From: Podarcis pityusensis
Lineage: Eukaryota
Length of the DNA stretch: 64,000 nucleotides
NCBI GenBank assembly: GCA_964106645.2
Contig: OZ067038.1
Reading direction: 5' to 3' (one strand)
The notes beneath the pieces were generated by a model, which was not told where the DNA came from, ran no database searches, and saw nothing but the letters and a program-made list of their open reading frames with translations. Position numbers and translations under genes: made by a program. Within the stretch, counting starts at the first letter, position 1; each line of letters begins with the position of its first letter. Shown piece after piece: positions 1 through 12,443 of this stretch.

Positions 1-168
1 TCACTGGGTGATCTTGGGCCAATCACAATCTCCCAAAAAATCAAGTTCAAAATGACCTTAATACCTGTTTGCTATTAACTTTCTACATTTTAACCCTACC
101 CTTTCTTTAAGGAGGAATACACAATAGTCCTCCCACCCATATTATCATCTCAAATCCCAGTGGAAATA

Positions 169-409
169 CAGTGGTACCTCGAGTTACATACACTTCAGGT
201 TACATATGCTTCAGGTTACGGACTCCGCTAACCAAGAAATAGTACCTTATGTTAAGAACTTTGCTTCAGGATGAGAACAGAAATTGCACAGCCGCGGCGC
301 GGCGGCAGCGGGAGGCCCCATTAGCTAAAGTGGTGTTCAGGTTAAGAAGAGTTTCAGGTTAAGAATGGACCTCCGGAACAAATTAAGTACTTAACCCGAG
401 GTACCACTG
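169..409. mobile_element. Tc1/mariner-superfamily (Tigger/pogo-like) MITE
   Basis: TIRs CAGTGGTACCTCG...CGAGGTACCACTG flanked by TA at 167-168 and 410-411; same family at 994 and 37556. Confidence 0.85.
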
Positions 410-993
410 TATGACTGGGTCATCCAATGAGCATCACGGCAGAGTGGAAATTTGGACGTGGATCTTGTGGTCCCAGTCCCAATACTGTAACTGCTGCACT
501 ACACTAGTTCTGTTGTTATAAAATACTGAGCAATAACTACAGCATGGTCTTCAAAATGTAATCTGGGGGTCTGCTGCTAGGGGAAAATGGATTTTGAACA
601 AGCAATTGATAAAGGCTCAATTGTTGTTTGGAGGAAGGATGGTTATTGCCTAGCATTTCCGTTTATACTTTTACTCTTTCCATGTTAAACGATAAGGATG
701 GCCTTCCTTTGTCAAGTGCTGGCATTTCAATTGCTGGCCTTTGATCTATAGCAGGAAAACCACATCTGCCCTTTCTGAGAGCTAGTTCTTGGTTTTGTGT
801 TTTTTTAAAAAGATAAAAATAGCTAAACGCTGCTCTTTATTGGGGTTTTTTTAACTGATTTTTTTCAAGGCCAGAAAGAAGCATTCTGAATCTGTAGCAA
901 GATCCTATGCCAATGCCAGCATTTTTAAAACTTTTGATATTTGGGACAGAGTTTTTATCTAGATTAAAACTGGAAGCACACTTCACAATAATA

Positions 994-1219
994 CAGTGGT
1001 AGCTCGGGTTAAGAACTTAATTCGTTCTGGAGGTCCATTCTTAACCTGAAACTGTTCTTAACCTGAAGAACCACCTTAGCTAATGGGGCCTCCTGCTGTC
1101 GCTGTGCTGCCGGTGCACGATTTCTGTTCTCATCCTGAAGCAAAGTTCTTAACCCGAGGTACTATTTCTGGGTTAGCAGAGTCTGTAACCTGAAGCGTCT
1201 GTAACCCGAGGTACCACTG
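994..1219. mobile_element. Tc1/mariner MITE, same family as 169-409, opposite orientation
   Basis: TA|CAGTGGTAGCTCGGGTTA...TAACCCGAGGTACCACTG|TA; interior is the reverse complement of the first copy. Confidence 0.85.
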
Positions 1220-1524
1220 TACATGTATATTAGTATTTTCTCAGTTAGTTTCCATAACAATGGGCTGGCATCCTTCCTGTCATTTATGGGATCTTAATTC
1301 ATATTTGTTTCTCATCTTTTCATCTTCATAGGTATTGGAATACATAAACTTTTTGAAGTAATACATTTGGGTGAGGGGGGTTCTCACTAAAAATGAATTG
1401 TAACTTTCAAAAACATGTTTGAGTAATCACTTTGAAATCAATGGGTAAGCAGCACAAATAAGCAAAGATCTCAATAAGGGTGCCCATTTCTCCTCCAGAA
1501 AACACACAATCAGGTTCCACTTAC

Positions 1525-1582
1525 CTCGTGTTAAGTGAGCCATTATTCCAATAAAAATTCTACAGCGTTCGATTGAAAGGAT
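1525..1582 (-). other. Candidate exon of a divergently transcribed gene
   Basis: Minus strand: pyrimidine tract TTTCTTTTTATATACTGTTTCTCTACAG acceptor, 58-nt exon open as ILSIERCRIFIGIMAHLTR with ATAATGG Kozak context, consensus donor GAG|GTAAGT. Confidence 0.35.
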
Positions 1583-3145
1583 CTGTAGAGAAACAGTATA
1601 TAAAAAGAAATATTCCCATATTTGTGGAAACTATTCTCGCTCCTTCTGGAGGCGTTGTGATTGAGACAATTCATTCTACCTATAGAAATGAGTGATAGGT
1701 TATCCTATGCAGCTCAAATAATAACATACTTTTTAAACTGATAGATACAAATATCAAGGACATCTGCATGATGTTTTACCTTTTCAGTAAATTAGAAGAA
1801 AGGAATGATCGAAAATGTATTTGGCTGCAGATTTGACATAAGTTCATCTTGTGAGATTGCGATGTGCAAAAAAGAAAAAAAAGGTAAATAAGGAGATAAA
1901 AATGTAGTTCGGAATCCTGTGATATCCCTTTGCTTCACAATAGCTCTTTTAAAACTATCAGACTTATTAACACATTGACCCCATTTCCTCCAGATGCCTT
2001 AAGAACCACATCTTAAATGCTTCATTCTGGAAAGGATGAAAGTCTGGCACAATAGCTAAACTATTTCTACTGTTTGCATTTATCTAAGGCAGAAACTCTG
2101 TTCAGCCAAATCTCAGCCAGCCAGCATTCCTGCTGCTTGCAGTTGGGTGACTAAGAGAATCTCTCCAAGATCAACATCTGGAAAATCTGAGAGAAGCAAA
2201 TGTTGGCTTCTTCATCTAAATTGGAAGTCTGCATGCCTCCCAGCCTCATCCCTCCAAATCTTTATGTCTTTTTTTCCAGACCGAATAGAACAATGATATG
2301 CATTTTACTGCAGCAGTCAGATCCTAAACTTGTTAAAAGCAGGGTTGGTTGCTACACAGTAGTGTAGTTTCTTAAGCCAGAACTGAGGGAGGAATGAGGA
2401 CAGGGTTAGTTAACAAAAGTGCCAAACTATGGGTGTTACATGACGCAGCCTTGGACTTTGAACACTCACTCTGCCAAATAGAAACTCCCTGGTTTGCAGC
2501 AAACGATTTTCCCTTTTACATGGAAATTGCCAGTTTATAGTTTAAGCTTCCTGTTCAAACTTGAATTGTGCAAACCAGCTTCAAACCTTGGTTTGCAATC
2601 CTGGTTTGGAGAGGAAGCCCAAACAATAGATTCCCCGTATGTATGCAGAGGGGAAAAGTAAAAGGAATGAATTAATTTGAACACATGAGGACAATAGGGA
2701 GGTGGAGTATGTATGTTCATCGAGATCAATTAATGTAAACAGCAAGTCAATTGATTTCAATGTGTCTATTCTGAGTTATAACCTACTTGAATACAACCCT
2801 CTAGTTTCCTCTCTTTTTGAGTATAACAGTGCAATCCTAAGCATGTTTACTCAGATGCAAGTGTCACTGAACTCAACAGAACTTCCTCCCTATAAAATGT
2901 ATTTAGGATTGTAGCCTAAGAATGACATACGTTTCCAATTTCAGAGCATCAGCTGGTAGAAGTTTGAGGAAGATGGGTAACTAGTGAAAAGGATCAGGGG
3001 ACTGTGAGTCATAGACTTTATGCTCTGTGTTTAACTTTGCTCTTTACTTGTTATCCAACCTTGGTTGCTTGTATATGCAATTGTTCAATGACTCAACTTA
3101 GCCTTTTAAAAGTAAAACAAATGTAATTAAAATCTAATTTTTAAA

Positions 3146-3315
3146 CTGTTTCTTTATGCTACCACAGCAGCTCGAATGGCATACGCCCAGAAATGGAGGG
3201 AATGAACAGTACCAATGAAGGAGGAATGGCAGACAAAATTGATGGAATATGCAGAAATGGCAAGTTTAACCAGTAAAATAAGAGATCAGGAAGAAAGAGC
3301 ATTTAAGGAAGAGTG
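3146..3315 (+). pseudogene. Degenerate L1-clade LINE ORF2 C-terminal fragment
   Basis: Translates LFLYATTAARMAYAQKWRE*TVPMKEEWQTKLMEYAEMASLTSKIRDQEERAFKEEW, homologous to the C-terminus of the 56612-57823 ORF. Confidence 0.8.
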
Positions 3316-4180
3316 GGATCATGTATTCCACCTTGAGCTCCTAGGAAGAAAAAGGTGGTATATAAATGTACCAAATAATTAAATAACTAAATAGAAAACA
3401 TATTATTTGCAGTCTGATCCTATGATGTGTATGCACACTTCAGTACCACTCAGTCAAAAAAGGAAATGTATACGAGATGAAAGAAGGGACATAAACAAGG
3501 ATGAATTTAAAAGTATTCTGAACCTATAATGACAGTGTCAAGAAGACTAAATCCCATAATGACCTATGACTTGCAAGGAAAATGAAAAACAATTTAAAAA
3601 CCTTCTTTAATTATGTCTGGAACAAAATGTAGGTCCCCTCTTTGGGGAAGATGGGGAAGTATTAACAAGTGACGGAGAGCAGGAGGAACCACTCAGCTAC
3701 TATTCTGCCATAGTCTTTACTCATAAGGAGAATTGTGCAACTTTGGAAAAGTAGAACAAATGACATACAGAGGGATTTGCAGCCCAGGTGAGGTAAGGAG
3801 GTGTCCAGATCACAAGCAGTGATAGTTCCACCCTGTTCTGTGCTTGTCAGACTGTTTCTGTGATATTGCGTCCAGGGGATTGGGCTACTGACAAGAGGTT
3901 GTCCTCCTCAAATTAGAGTTCTTTCTAACTCAGAAATCCTACGGTTCAACTGAAATTGTTATTCAAAACATATTGTTACTGGCCACTCCAATCTCTGTTG
4001 AGCGGCGTGAGATTCCAAGTGTTTTGGAACTTAACCAGGGTTTGTGTTTCCTTTGGAAAAAAATAAGGCACAACAGTGACTGTAGTGTCAACCAGGATCT
4101 TGGCTGAAGGGGTGCATAGTATGACACCCCAAGAGTGTCTCTTGTTGCTTTTCCCATAGCTTCAGCAAGCTTGGGTCCAA

Positions 4181-4418
4181 AGAAGAGTTTGGATTTGATA
4201 TCCCGCTTTATCACTACCCAGAGGAGTCTCAAAGCGGCTAACATTCTCCTTTCCCTTCCTCCCCCACAACAAACACTCTGTGAGGTGAGTGGGGCTGAGA
4301 GACTTCAAAGAAGTGTGACTAGCCCAAGGTCACCCAGAAGCTGCATGTGGAGGAGCAGAGATGCGAACCCGGTTCACCAGATTACGAGTCTATTGCTCTT
4401 AACCACTACACCACACCC
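4181..4418 (-). mobile_element. tRNA-derived (CORE/MIR-like) SINE
   Basis: Minus strand begins GTGTGGTGTAGTGGTTAAGAG (A box), GGTTCGCATC (B box), then core-like GGGTGACCTTGGGCTAGTCAC; boundaries approximate. Confidence 0.65.
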
Positions 4419-4835
4419 AGTGTCTGGGTACAGACTCTCCCTACCAGCCTGCATTGAGTTCTGTCCACTCCCTACTTCTTGTTCTCAGAACCCCTTGCCA
4501 GATGCAGCTTCCCTTTCTATTTACACCATCACTCATGGTCTTCCTGGCAGCCTCCATTTTAAAAACACACACACACACTGCAAATGGGTACTTTTTCCTG
4601 TAGTGGCATCATGGCCCCTGTAACCATGACAACCTCACCCTCCCAATGCTTCTGTCCATGTCCACTACTGAGTGGCAGAGGAAGGGCAATATTTGCATTA
4701 TTAATCTTTCTTTATGGCCCAATACTCTGCTCTCTTTGTTTCTTAATGACACCTCTTATCAGCTGATCTCCCAAACAGGAAAACCAGTATAACCTGTCAT
4801 TTTACACTGTCACATCTTCCTTATCAAGCAAAATG

Positions 4836-5480
4836 TTGTTGTTGGCATCTGGCTGTTTCAAGAGACAATGGAGTGCTCCTCCTGGGGTGAAGTCAAACCG
4901 CTGTGTTAGCAGCATGGAGGTTACCTCCTCAGAGCACAAGCTTAAGCAGTGGTGCTATGGAGATCCTGGGCTGCCCAGACAAGACCCCACTCTCGGCCTT
5001 GCTGATGTAGTCCAAAGCAGCATTACATTTGGCATCAGCTGGGCTGCAGGAGTTGCCGGAAGGAGGCATACAAGGCACCATCCAACCATATTAGGGACTC
5101 CACTCTGGATTTCTGTAGGGTTTACTCCTCCTTAGCCTTTTCTTCTCCCAAAGATGTCCCACAAGGCAGTGGGTACGGGTTACTCCCAAAGCCTTTCTCA
5201 TTAATGAGTACAGCCGCAAGGCAGCAGAGGCTTAGGATCAGAGTTTCCATTCTCTGACATGGGGCTCCCATCTGCCCCTCACTTCCCTCTACAGCACATG
5301 CAGAAACCACTTTCTTGACCTTTGGATACACTATTGGTCTCATCCGCTAAATCTGCCAGAGCCTGTCTTTACATGCAGGGGAAGGCTCCAACTCACAGAG
5401 GGTTTGAAACCCCTCAGCTACCCTTACCTGGTTCAGAAGGCCAGGCAAAGCTGTTCATGGGATGTGGCCACTGTCACATG
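4836..5480 (-). mobile_element. Probable non-autonomous RTE-clade derivative
   Basis: ~4862-4902 is approximately the reverse complement of the 3' tail of the RTE fragment at ~40653-40698; boundaries approximate. Confidence 0.4.
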
Positions 5481-5502
5481 CTGACAACTTCTGGAAGCTG
5501 AG

Positions 5503-5990
5503 GTCGAAACAAAATAATAATAATAATAATAATTCTTCCAGTAGCACCTTAAAAGGTAAAGGGACCCCTGACCATCAGGTCCAGTTGTGGACGACTCTGG
5601 GGTTGCGGCACTCATCTCACTTTATTGGCTGAGGGAGCCAGTGTACAGCTTCCGGGTCATGTGGCCAGCATGACTAAGCCACTTCTGGCGAACCAGAGCA
5701 GCACACGGAAACGTCGTTTACCTTCCCGCTGGAGCGGTACCTATTTATCTACTTGCACTTTGACGTGCTTTTGAACTGCTAGGTTGGCAGGAGCAGGGAC
5801 CAAGCAACTGGAGCTCACCCGGTCACATAGGCTTTATGGTTTAACTCACAGAGCCTTAGCACCTTAGAGATCAACTAAGTTAGTTATTGGTATGAGCTTT
5901 CGTGTGCATGCACACTTTTTATTATTTTATTTTATTTATATTATTTTGTTTCGATTACAGCAGACCAACACTGCTTCCTACCTGTAACTG
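5503..5990. mobile_element. Penelope-like terminal-repeat remnant with inversion, split by the SINE
   Basis: Matches 11881-12000 (CTTCCAGTAGCACCTT...CAACTAAGTTAG...GGTATGAGCTTTCGTGTGCA.GCACAC); 5940-5990 is an inverted copy of the terminus. Confidence 0.7.
5552..5856 (-). mobile_element. Sauria SINE inserted in a Penelope remnant
   Basis: Reverse complement of the GGGGTCCCTTTACCTTT tail and AGTAGATAAATAGGTACC core; 10-bp TSD TAGCACCTTA at 5542-5551 and 5857-5866. Confidence 0.85.
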
Positions 5991-6339
5991 GGAGCCGAGG
6001 GTGAGAGATGAGTGCAGGGTGGGAACCAAAGATGGGCAAACTACCCCAGAAGGAGCAGGACGTGTCCCCCACCAGAGGTACCACCCTCCCCTAACACCCC
6101 ATACAAATATTAGCTATATCATAGCGCCACTTACTAAATTTAGGGAGATCTGCCTCCTTAAAGCTGCAACCTTAAACTCACCCCACCTCCCATCAAATCG
6201 AAGTCAATCATAACCCCTGCAGCTAAGTTTAGAATTTGCTCCAAAGGCAGAAACCACATTTCCTTTGCTACTTCCCCCCTCCCCCTTTTCTTCTCTCCCA
6301 TTTCCCACCCGCCTTCCTCAAGCTCTCTTAATACTACTG

Positions 6340-7160
6340 TCCTATTATTACTCTCCGCGGGCGTGATGCAGATGGGTCGGGGGAGAGGAGGGAGGAAGCG
6401 AGCGAGCGAGAGCGAGCTAGAGAGGCGGCGGCAGAGGGTTTAGGCCGGCGAGCGGAACCCCGAGCGCATCGATGAAGGGGTGTCTCCTTTCGGCGGTCGA
6501 CTCACTCCGGCCCAGGCGAGCGGGCTCTTGAGCCGAGTCAGCTGTGGGAGCGGAGCGGGCGGCGCTTGCCACCATCTTTGGCGGAGAGGGGCTGCGGTCG
6601 CGCGAGGGTCGGGCACACAGGTACTCCCACCCTCCCTCCTTCCGCAAAACTTGGGCTTCTCCGGCCGGGCTGGGCATGGCAGGAGCGCGAGAGGGGAGCC
6701 CCGAAGAGGCGGGTGGGAACGGCTTCGACGGGGACGCTGGCGCCTCTCCCAGCAGCTCCCTGTCAAAGCGCCCCACCAGCCAGCCAGGACCCCGTCTCTC
6801 CCTTTTCGGTGCGGCGGCTTCCCGGTGGGCAGAAGGGAAGCAGACCCGTCCTTAGCGGTGCCCAAGTGCACTTTTATTTCTCCCTTTAAGTAGCGTTGCA
6901 AAAGGGGCTGCACACGCACACCCGGTCCGCTGCGTGTGTGGTCGGGGGCGAGGGCAGTCTGCTGCTGTCCCGCCGCACCCACTCACTTCCAGGGGGTCAG
7001 GGAGCAACCGGGGTTGGCGTCTGTATGTTTGTGTGTGTGTTTAAAAATCCTCCTGCTGTACTTCCTTCTTGGCCGCGGAGCCTGCGTGGGCGGGAGGAGC
7101 GACGCTATTTCTCCCCCGGCACAGCTTCCCGACCACCACCCTCCTCTCCTCTCGGTCGGT
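6340..7160 (+). promoter_or_regulatory. SLC35F5: CpG island / promoter and probable non-coding first exon of SLC35F5
   Basis: Main GC/CpG-dense region outside TEs; (GCGA)n run at ~6397-6417; candidate donor CAG|GTACTC at 6620/6621; lies upstream of the coding exons. Confidence 0.75.
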
Positions 7161-10100
7161 GGGTTAAATGCCCTATCCTTTCTCTGAAGTGAAAAATCCT
7201 GCTTTCCCCTGTCCCACTTTCTCTCTCTCTTTTCATCCAGTAAAGGAAGAGGTAGGATCCCCCACCCCACCCCCTGCTCTTTCCTCTCCTTCCCTGTAGT
7301 GAAATCTGTGGAATTCCCTGCCACTGGACTGTCTCTTTTAGGTGGTTTGAAAATAGGGTTACACAGGTCGGCTAAGGACTGATCTGTCGCGGGCTGTTGG
7401 TCCTTATGGCTTCTACTTGGACACATTCCCAAGTTCAGAGATAATATGCTTCTGAATGACACAGCACCTGGGAAGCAGCAGCACAAAAGTATTGCCCTCC
7501 TGTCTTGTTTGTCAGCTTTCCCCAAAGGTTGGCTGGTGCGCAGGAACAGGGTGCTGGGCTAGTCTGGCCTTCTGGCTGAACCAGCGGGGCTGTTCTTGTT
7601 TTGTGCTGTTTCCCCCCTAATTTTTGTTTGGGGAAGAGTTGTATGTAGCACATGTGGTAGAGCATCTGCTTTGTAGTTTCATTCTCCCCCAGTTCCAGGT
7701 AGGGCTGGGGAAGACCCCCCCCCCTTCTGAAATTCTGTAGAACCACTTTCAGGTGTGAGACAACTTCCAAAGTTATTTAGAGGCAGGGGTCTGTTTTTAT
7801 GCCTCTGTAACTCAGTAAATCTACTGCAAAACCTACAGTGGCACAGTACCAAAATGCCTCAAAATTATGATCATTGTTTTGTGACAATTTGCTTGGTCCT
7901 AGTAAAAGTATTGCCCAACTTTGGATTCTGCAGTTGTTTGTCTTATGGGCCAGCATGGCTATATTTGTTACTCAGTAAATGCATATATCATCATATAACT
8001 TGACAGTGCTGTGTCAGCAATAAGAAGAACCTGGCTTAACTTGCACAGAATATGTATGCCAATATATAGACACCCAAATGGAATATATAAACGTAAGCAA
8101 CTATCTTATAGTAGAATGGACCACAATTGGGCTTATAACCTTTCCTCCTTCATGTGTGAATGTCTGAAATGGATCTGGTGCAAGCAGATGTTGAGGGTGA
8201 ATCTTAATATGTATGCCTCTGTCCCTCTCCTAATTTAAGCTCACTTACTTTCTTGTGAATGTGTAAATAGGGCTATAATGGAATATGGGATGTACCGTAC
8301 ATGACTCCATGTTGGAAAGAAGCTGCACATTATCCTGTGTGCTGAATCAGGTGTATGGCTTCAGGAGATGGTTTTTGTATAATTTCAGCATTCATCACTG
8401 AATGCAAACTAATATTTTTATGCATATAGGTGCTTTTTATCTTAAAAGTATAAACAGTTGTTGAATATCAACATTGACTTGCAGCTGTCTGTTTCCTTGG
8501 CAGGCATCAGCTTTTCTTCATTGGAGTAACACGTTTTATTTGTTATTGATGGATCTGAAGTACATGTGATTTAGGCAAACACAGGGGCAAAGTTTGTTTC
8601 AGTACAGCATTTGGAAGTGGCTCTTACTAACAGTGTCCTAGTTAGTAAACATTTCCAATCTGAAAAAATTACCATCAAATTCTAGTAATTTTGATACTGA
8701 ATTAAACAAAATTTAGAATTCCTCTCTAGTTCAAAGTGTATATGGTATTATTTCCCATTCAAAGAAAACTGCATGTTTATTTATGGATGAGCCATTTCCT
8801 AACATGCTACCATAGTATCCAGAGCTAAATATGGGGCTATGCAGGTATTGATTCCTTACTGGCTAGTGTCTCCAGAAGAGCAAAACAAGTTAAGTCCCCA
8901 CCACAATGGTAGCCAATTGTTTGTTTTCCTTTTTGTTATGATAGCTCTGGGAAAATATGCTGTTGCAGTAGAACAGTATGATGGTAGTTGCAGAACCTGC
9001 TCACACTTAGCATCTCAGTCACTGCCATTAGCGACACTACTGGGATCTTGAACATCTTTAACCTTCTAAAAGTAGATGCAGGGTTGCAAGAGATGAGAGC
9101 AATGGGTTCCTTAGCTCCTTCACTTAATAAGCAAGCAAAGCAATAAAAGTAATACCCAAGTGCCAAGTTGATGAGGAAGAAAAGTGAACCTTCTGGTTTG
9201 ACAGAGGTTCCTTTCCTTCTACTTGGGGTTTGGGGGTTATATTTGGTTTGAAGAAACAGGTAGATGGGCATTGTGCCACCTGAAGCATTGGCTTGAATGC
9301 TAGATTGGAAGGTGGGCAGTGAGATCAGCAAGAACTCTCTTTTTGCAGGTCAAACTTGGCATGCCTTTTTCCTAGTAGTGATTCATGATCATGTGTGTAT
9401 GCAAATGTGTGGTGATTTAAGATACATAAAGAATGGATTTTATTTAACCACAAAGTAGGTATCATAATTGTAAAAGCATGGTTGTGTAATGGTTAAAAAA
9501 GAGAGACTAAAATGTGATTGAAGTTAATTTGAATGCTGAGAACTTCAGAACTAATGCCAAGTCTTCTTACTTATTTAGACATTTGACAACTAGTTATACC
9601 AGTAGTGCTACAGAGAACACTTTGATGCCAGGACAGTAACATATCCAGGTAAGAATGAAACAATAGAGATTTACAAAATCAGTTCATATTGTCTGAGCAC
9701 GTTACAGTTTTAATATTCAGCACCCCACTTTCTTTAATGTAATTTGGGCAGATAGAGCACGGTTTGAGCACTGAAGCTTGAGGCTTTGGGAAAGAGAACA
9801 ATTCCTTTTAAATCGTTATAATATTTCGATGTTGCTGCTATGAAACCCTCCATCTGTGTCTCTCTTAATTAGAAAGATAGTTATAGATGCAGTTTACACT
9901 GCCAGTTTACAAGTCAGACACTCAGAACTGGTGATGAAAAATATCCCTACTGGCTGAACACTTAGACTGCAATCCTCTACTTGCTTACCTGGTAGTAAGC
10001 ACCACTGAACTCAGTTCCAAGTAGACATGTATAGAATTATGCTGTTAGGTTCATATAATATGAAATATTTGAAAGATATTTCAAATTCATATCTTTGCAT

Positions 10101-11794
10101 AGAATGAATTTATTTACCTTGGTCCTTAAAAGACAAAATAGTGCCCTCTTTATTGTTGAGCTTTCAATGGACTATAGGTGGAACCAATAAATCCTTATGG
10201 ACCAATATGTAGTTAACTACCTCGTCATTTTTCAGTAGCAAAGGTTTCTTTAAGTCTTGCAAGTATAGAAGGCTGCAGAATTGTTCAACCAGTTGCTATG
10301 GTGGTGCCATGATTGTGTACATTATCCCTCTGTGAGGTCACCAAGGCATCATGAACAAGGATTACTGGCAAAAATGAGTCAGCTTTTCAAGGTTGTTGAC
10401 CAACTTTAACAATATTTCATGTTTCATTAAATTAAGAATAGATGTTAAGATATTGATTCAAATTTGTTGAAAGTGAACGTACAGAATGGAGTTAAAACCT
10501 ATGCAATTAGATGTGCTCAGACATGTTACCAGAACGTTTTTATGAGTGTTGATTTACAAAAATTGGCATGATTCATAACAAATAGTTACTAATTTGCTGT
10601 GTTTTATTATTTTCCTTTATAAATGGTAAATATGCATTTCTTTGAAAAGAGTTTTATTATAATGCAATGAATCTACTAGTGCAGTAAAAGGAAAAAAAGA
10701 TATGAAAATAAAGTGGCATGTCATAGGACTCTGGTTGAAGTCATTTTTTATTTCAGCAGTGAGCAAAAGACACTTGCAAGCTCAAGTGTGTCCAGTATTC
10801 TGCCATACAGTACATATTGTGTATTAATACATCCTGGATAATCTAATCCTGTAATGAAAGGGGTGAAACATTTAACAGGTCAACATTTTATAAAGCATTA
10901 CTAAGCACAGTTGCTAAGGATTGGTTTTTCTTTTGGTTTTTTTCCAGAAACATCACAAACCCATAGATAAAAAAATATGATCCTTGAGATATGTCTGTCA
11001 GTTCAAGAGGTGAGAAATATATTATCATGCCATGGCTGTTTTTAAGAATGTGTTTTCACCATGCAATAGCTGTCTACATTAAAAAAGAAAAGAAAAACAT
11101 GCATTAAAACCTGTGGCTCCCACCCTCCAAAATGATGAGACCTGAAACTCAGTTTTATAGTTTCCTTTAGTCCTTTGATTCAGTTTTTATATAGGTACAT
11201 TACTACACTACGCTATGTTTCACACAAGGTATATTTTATTCATTATCGGAAAATGATTTTGAGGAGTCTTAAGTTCTCTTATGTTGTGGTTATATTTCTC
11301 TCAGGATTTTTTAATTTTTTTAAAAAAAGCTGTGTCTGTCTTGGCAAACATCTGTAAAAATCTTTAAAGTATTATTTCTGATAGCGCTCTGTCTTGCTGT
11401 CTCCATCCAGCATGGTTTGTGGGCTTGACATGTTGCACTCTGATGTCATTGTTGTTCAAAAGCTTCTGCTCTCCATTTCTGCCTGAAACAGGAATTTACA
11501 GTCCATCTATGCTTCATTTCTGCTGCCCTTTACTGAGCTGTGGCTGCTGTATTATGACTGAGGTTATTGGTGTTGGGTATGCTTTGTTTTGTTTTGACTT
11601 TCACGCTTGTTTTACACAGAGCCAGCCTTCTACACACACTGCTGACTATCTTAAGTGAAGGATGTGGGGAATACTTTGATTGTGGAACAGGTGTGTGCAT
11701 TAGCTCAAATGGCAAACATAAAGCCTGGTGGCAAAGTTAGGAAAGCATAGTCTCTTTATAGCCCTTGACACCCTTTATTTCTCTGTTTTTTCAG

Positions 11795-11876
11795 GAGGCA
11801 GCCTTCACCTTAACATGATGCCATGAAACTTGTCAGAATCCAGCTATTATTTTAACTTTAAAAGGTTACTGAGCAG
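11795..11876 (+). other. SLC35F5: Probable 5'UTR exon of SLC35F5 containing uORFs
   Basis: Acceptor CCCTTTATTTCTCTGTTTTTTCAG, donor CAG|GTATGT; 82 nt; joins the next exon as ...KRLLS-RLQ-M. Confidence 0.55.
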
Positions 11877-11971
11877 GTATGTTACAGATAGGTAGCCGTG
11901 TTGGTCTGCCATAGTCAAAATAAAAAAAATCCTTCCAGTAGCACCTTTAAGACCAACTAAGTTAGTTCTTG

Positions 11972-12010
11972 GTATGAGCTTTCGTGTGCAAGCACACTTC
12001 TTCAGATACA
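11972..12010 (-). ncRNA. Minimal type I hammerhead ribozyme of the Penelope terminal repeat
   Basis: Minus strand: uGUAU-CUGAAGA-a-GUGUG-CUUG-CACAC-GAAA-GC-UC-AUAC: conserved core boxes, stem I GUAU/AUAC, stem II, palindromic AGCU stem III. Confidence 0.75.
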
Positions 12011-12343
12011 CTGAAACAGAAGTTGCCAGATCCTTCTATATAGTGAGAAGGTGGGGAGGGGTATTACTCAGAAGGGTGGTGGGAATTGGAGATTGGCAGA
12101 TAGCTGAGATGAGCCTGCTGACGACTCTTAACGACTGTAATAGGTCTTACAGGAAAAGGCAAGGGGTGAGAAGGTGAGAAATGGCTTAGTCATGTATAAT
12201 GGGATAAGAATCCAATGTCTTTGTTCAAACCAGGTCTCTCCATGGTTTTAAGTTTGGTAATGAGTTGCAATTCAGCAGCTTCTCTTTCCAGTCTATTTCT
12301 GAAATTCCTTTGTAGTAAAACAGTTACTTTGAGATCTTGTATA

Positions 12344-12443
12344 GAGTAGGAGTAGGAGTAGGAGTAGGAGTAGGAGTAGGGAGTAGGAGTAGGAGAGTAG
12401 GAGTAGGAGAGTAGGAGTAGGAGAACACTCCTGGGAGTAGGAG
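12344..12443. repeat. (GAGTAG)n microsatellite at the Penelope inversion junction
   Basis: Tandem GAGTAG units with small interruptions. Confidence 0.9.

Noticed and set aside
6417-7525. Overlapping 100-180 aa ORFs on both strands
   Set aside because: Expected in a GC-rich CpG island; no recognisable protein; SLC35F5 coding starts at 13605
11815-11826. Selenocysteine or readthrough at the in-frame TGA upstream of SLC35F5
   Set aside because: No SECIS or readthrough context identified; an ordinary uORF is simpler
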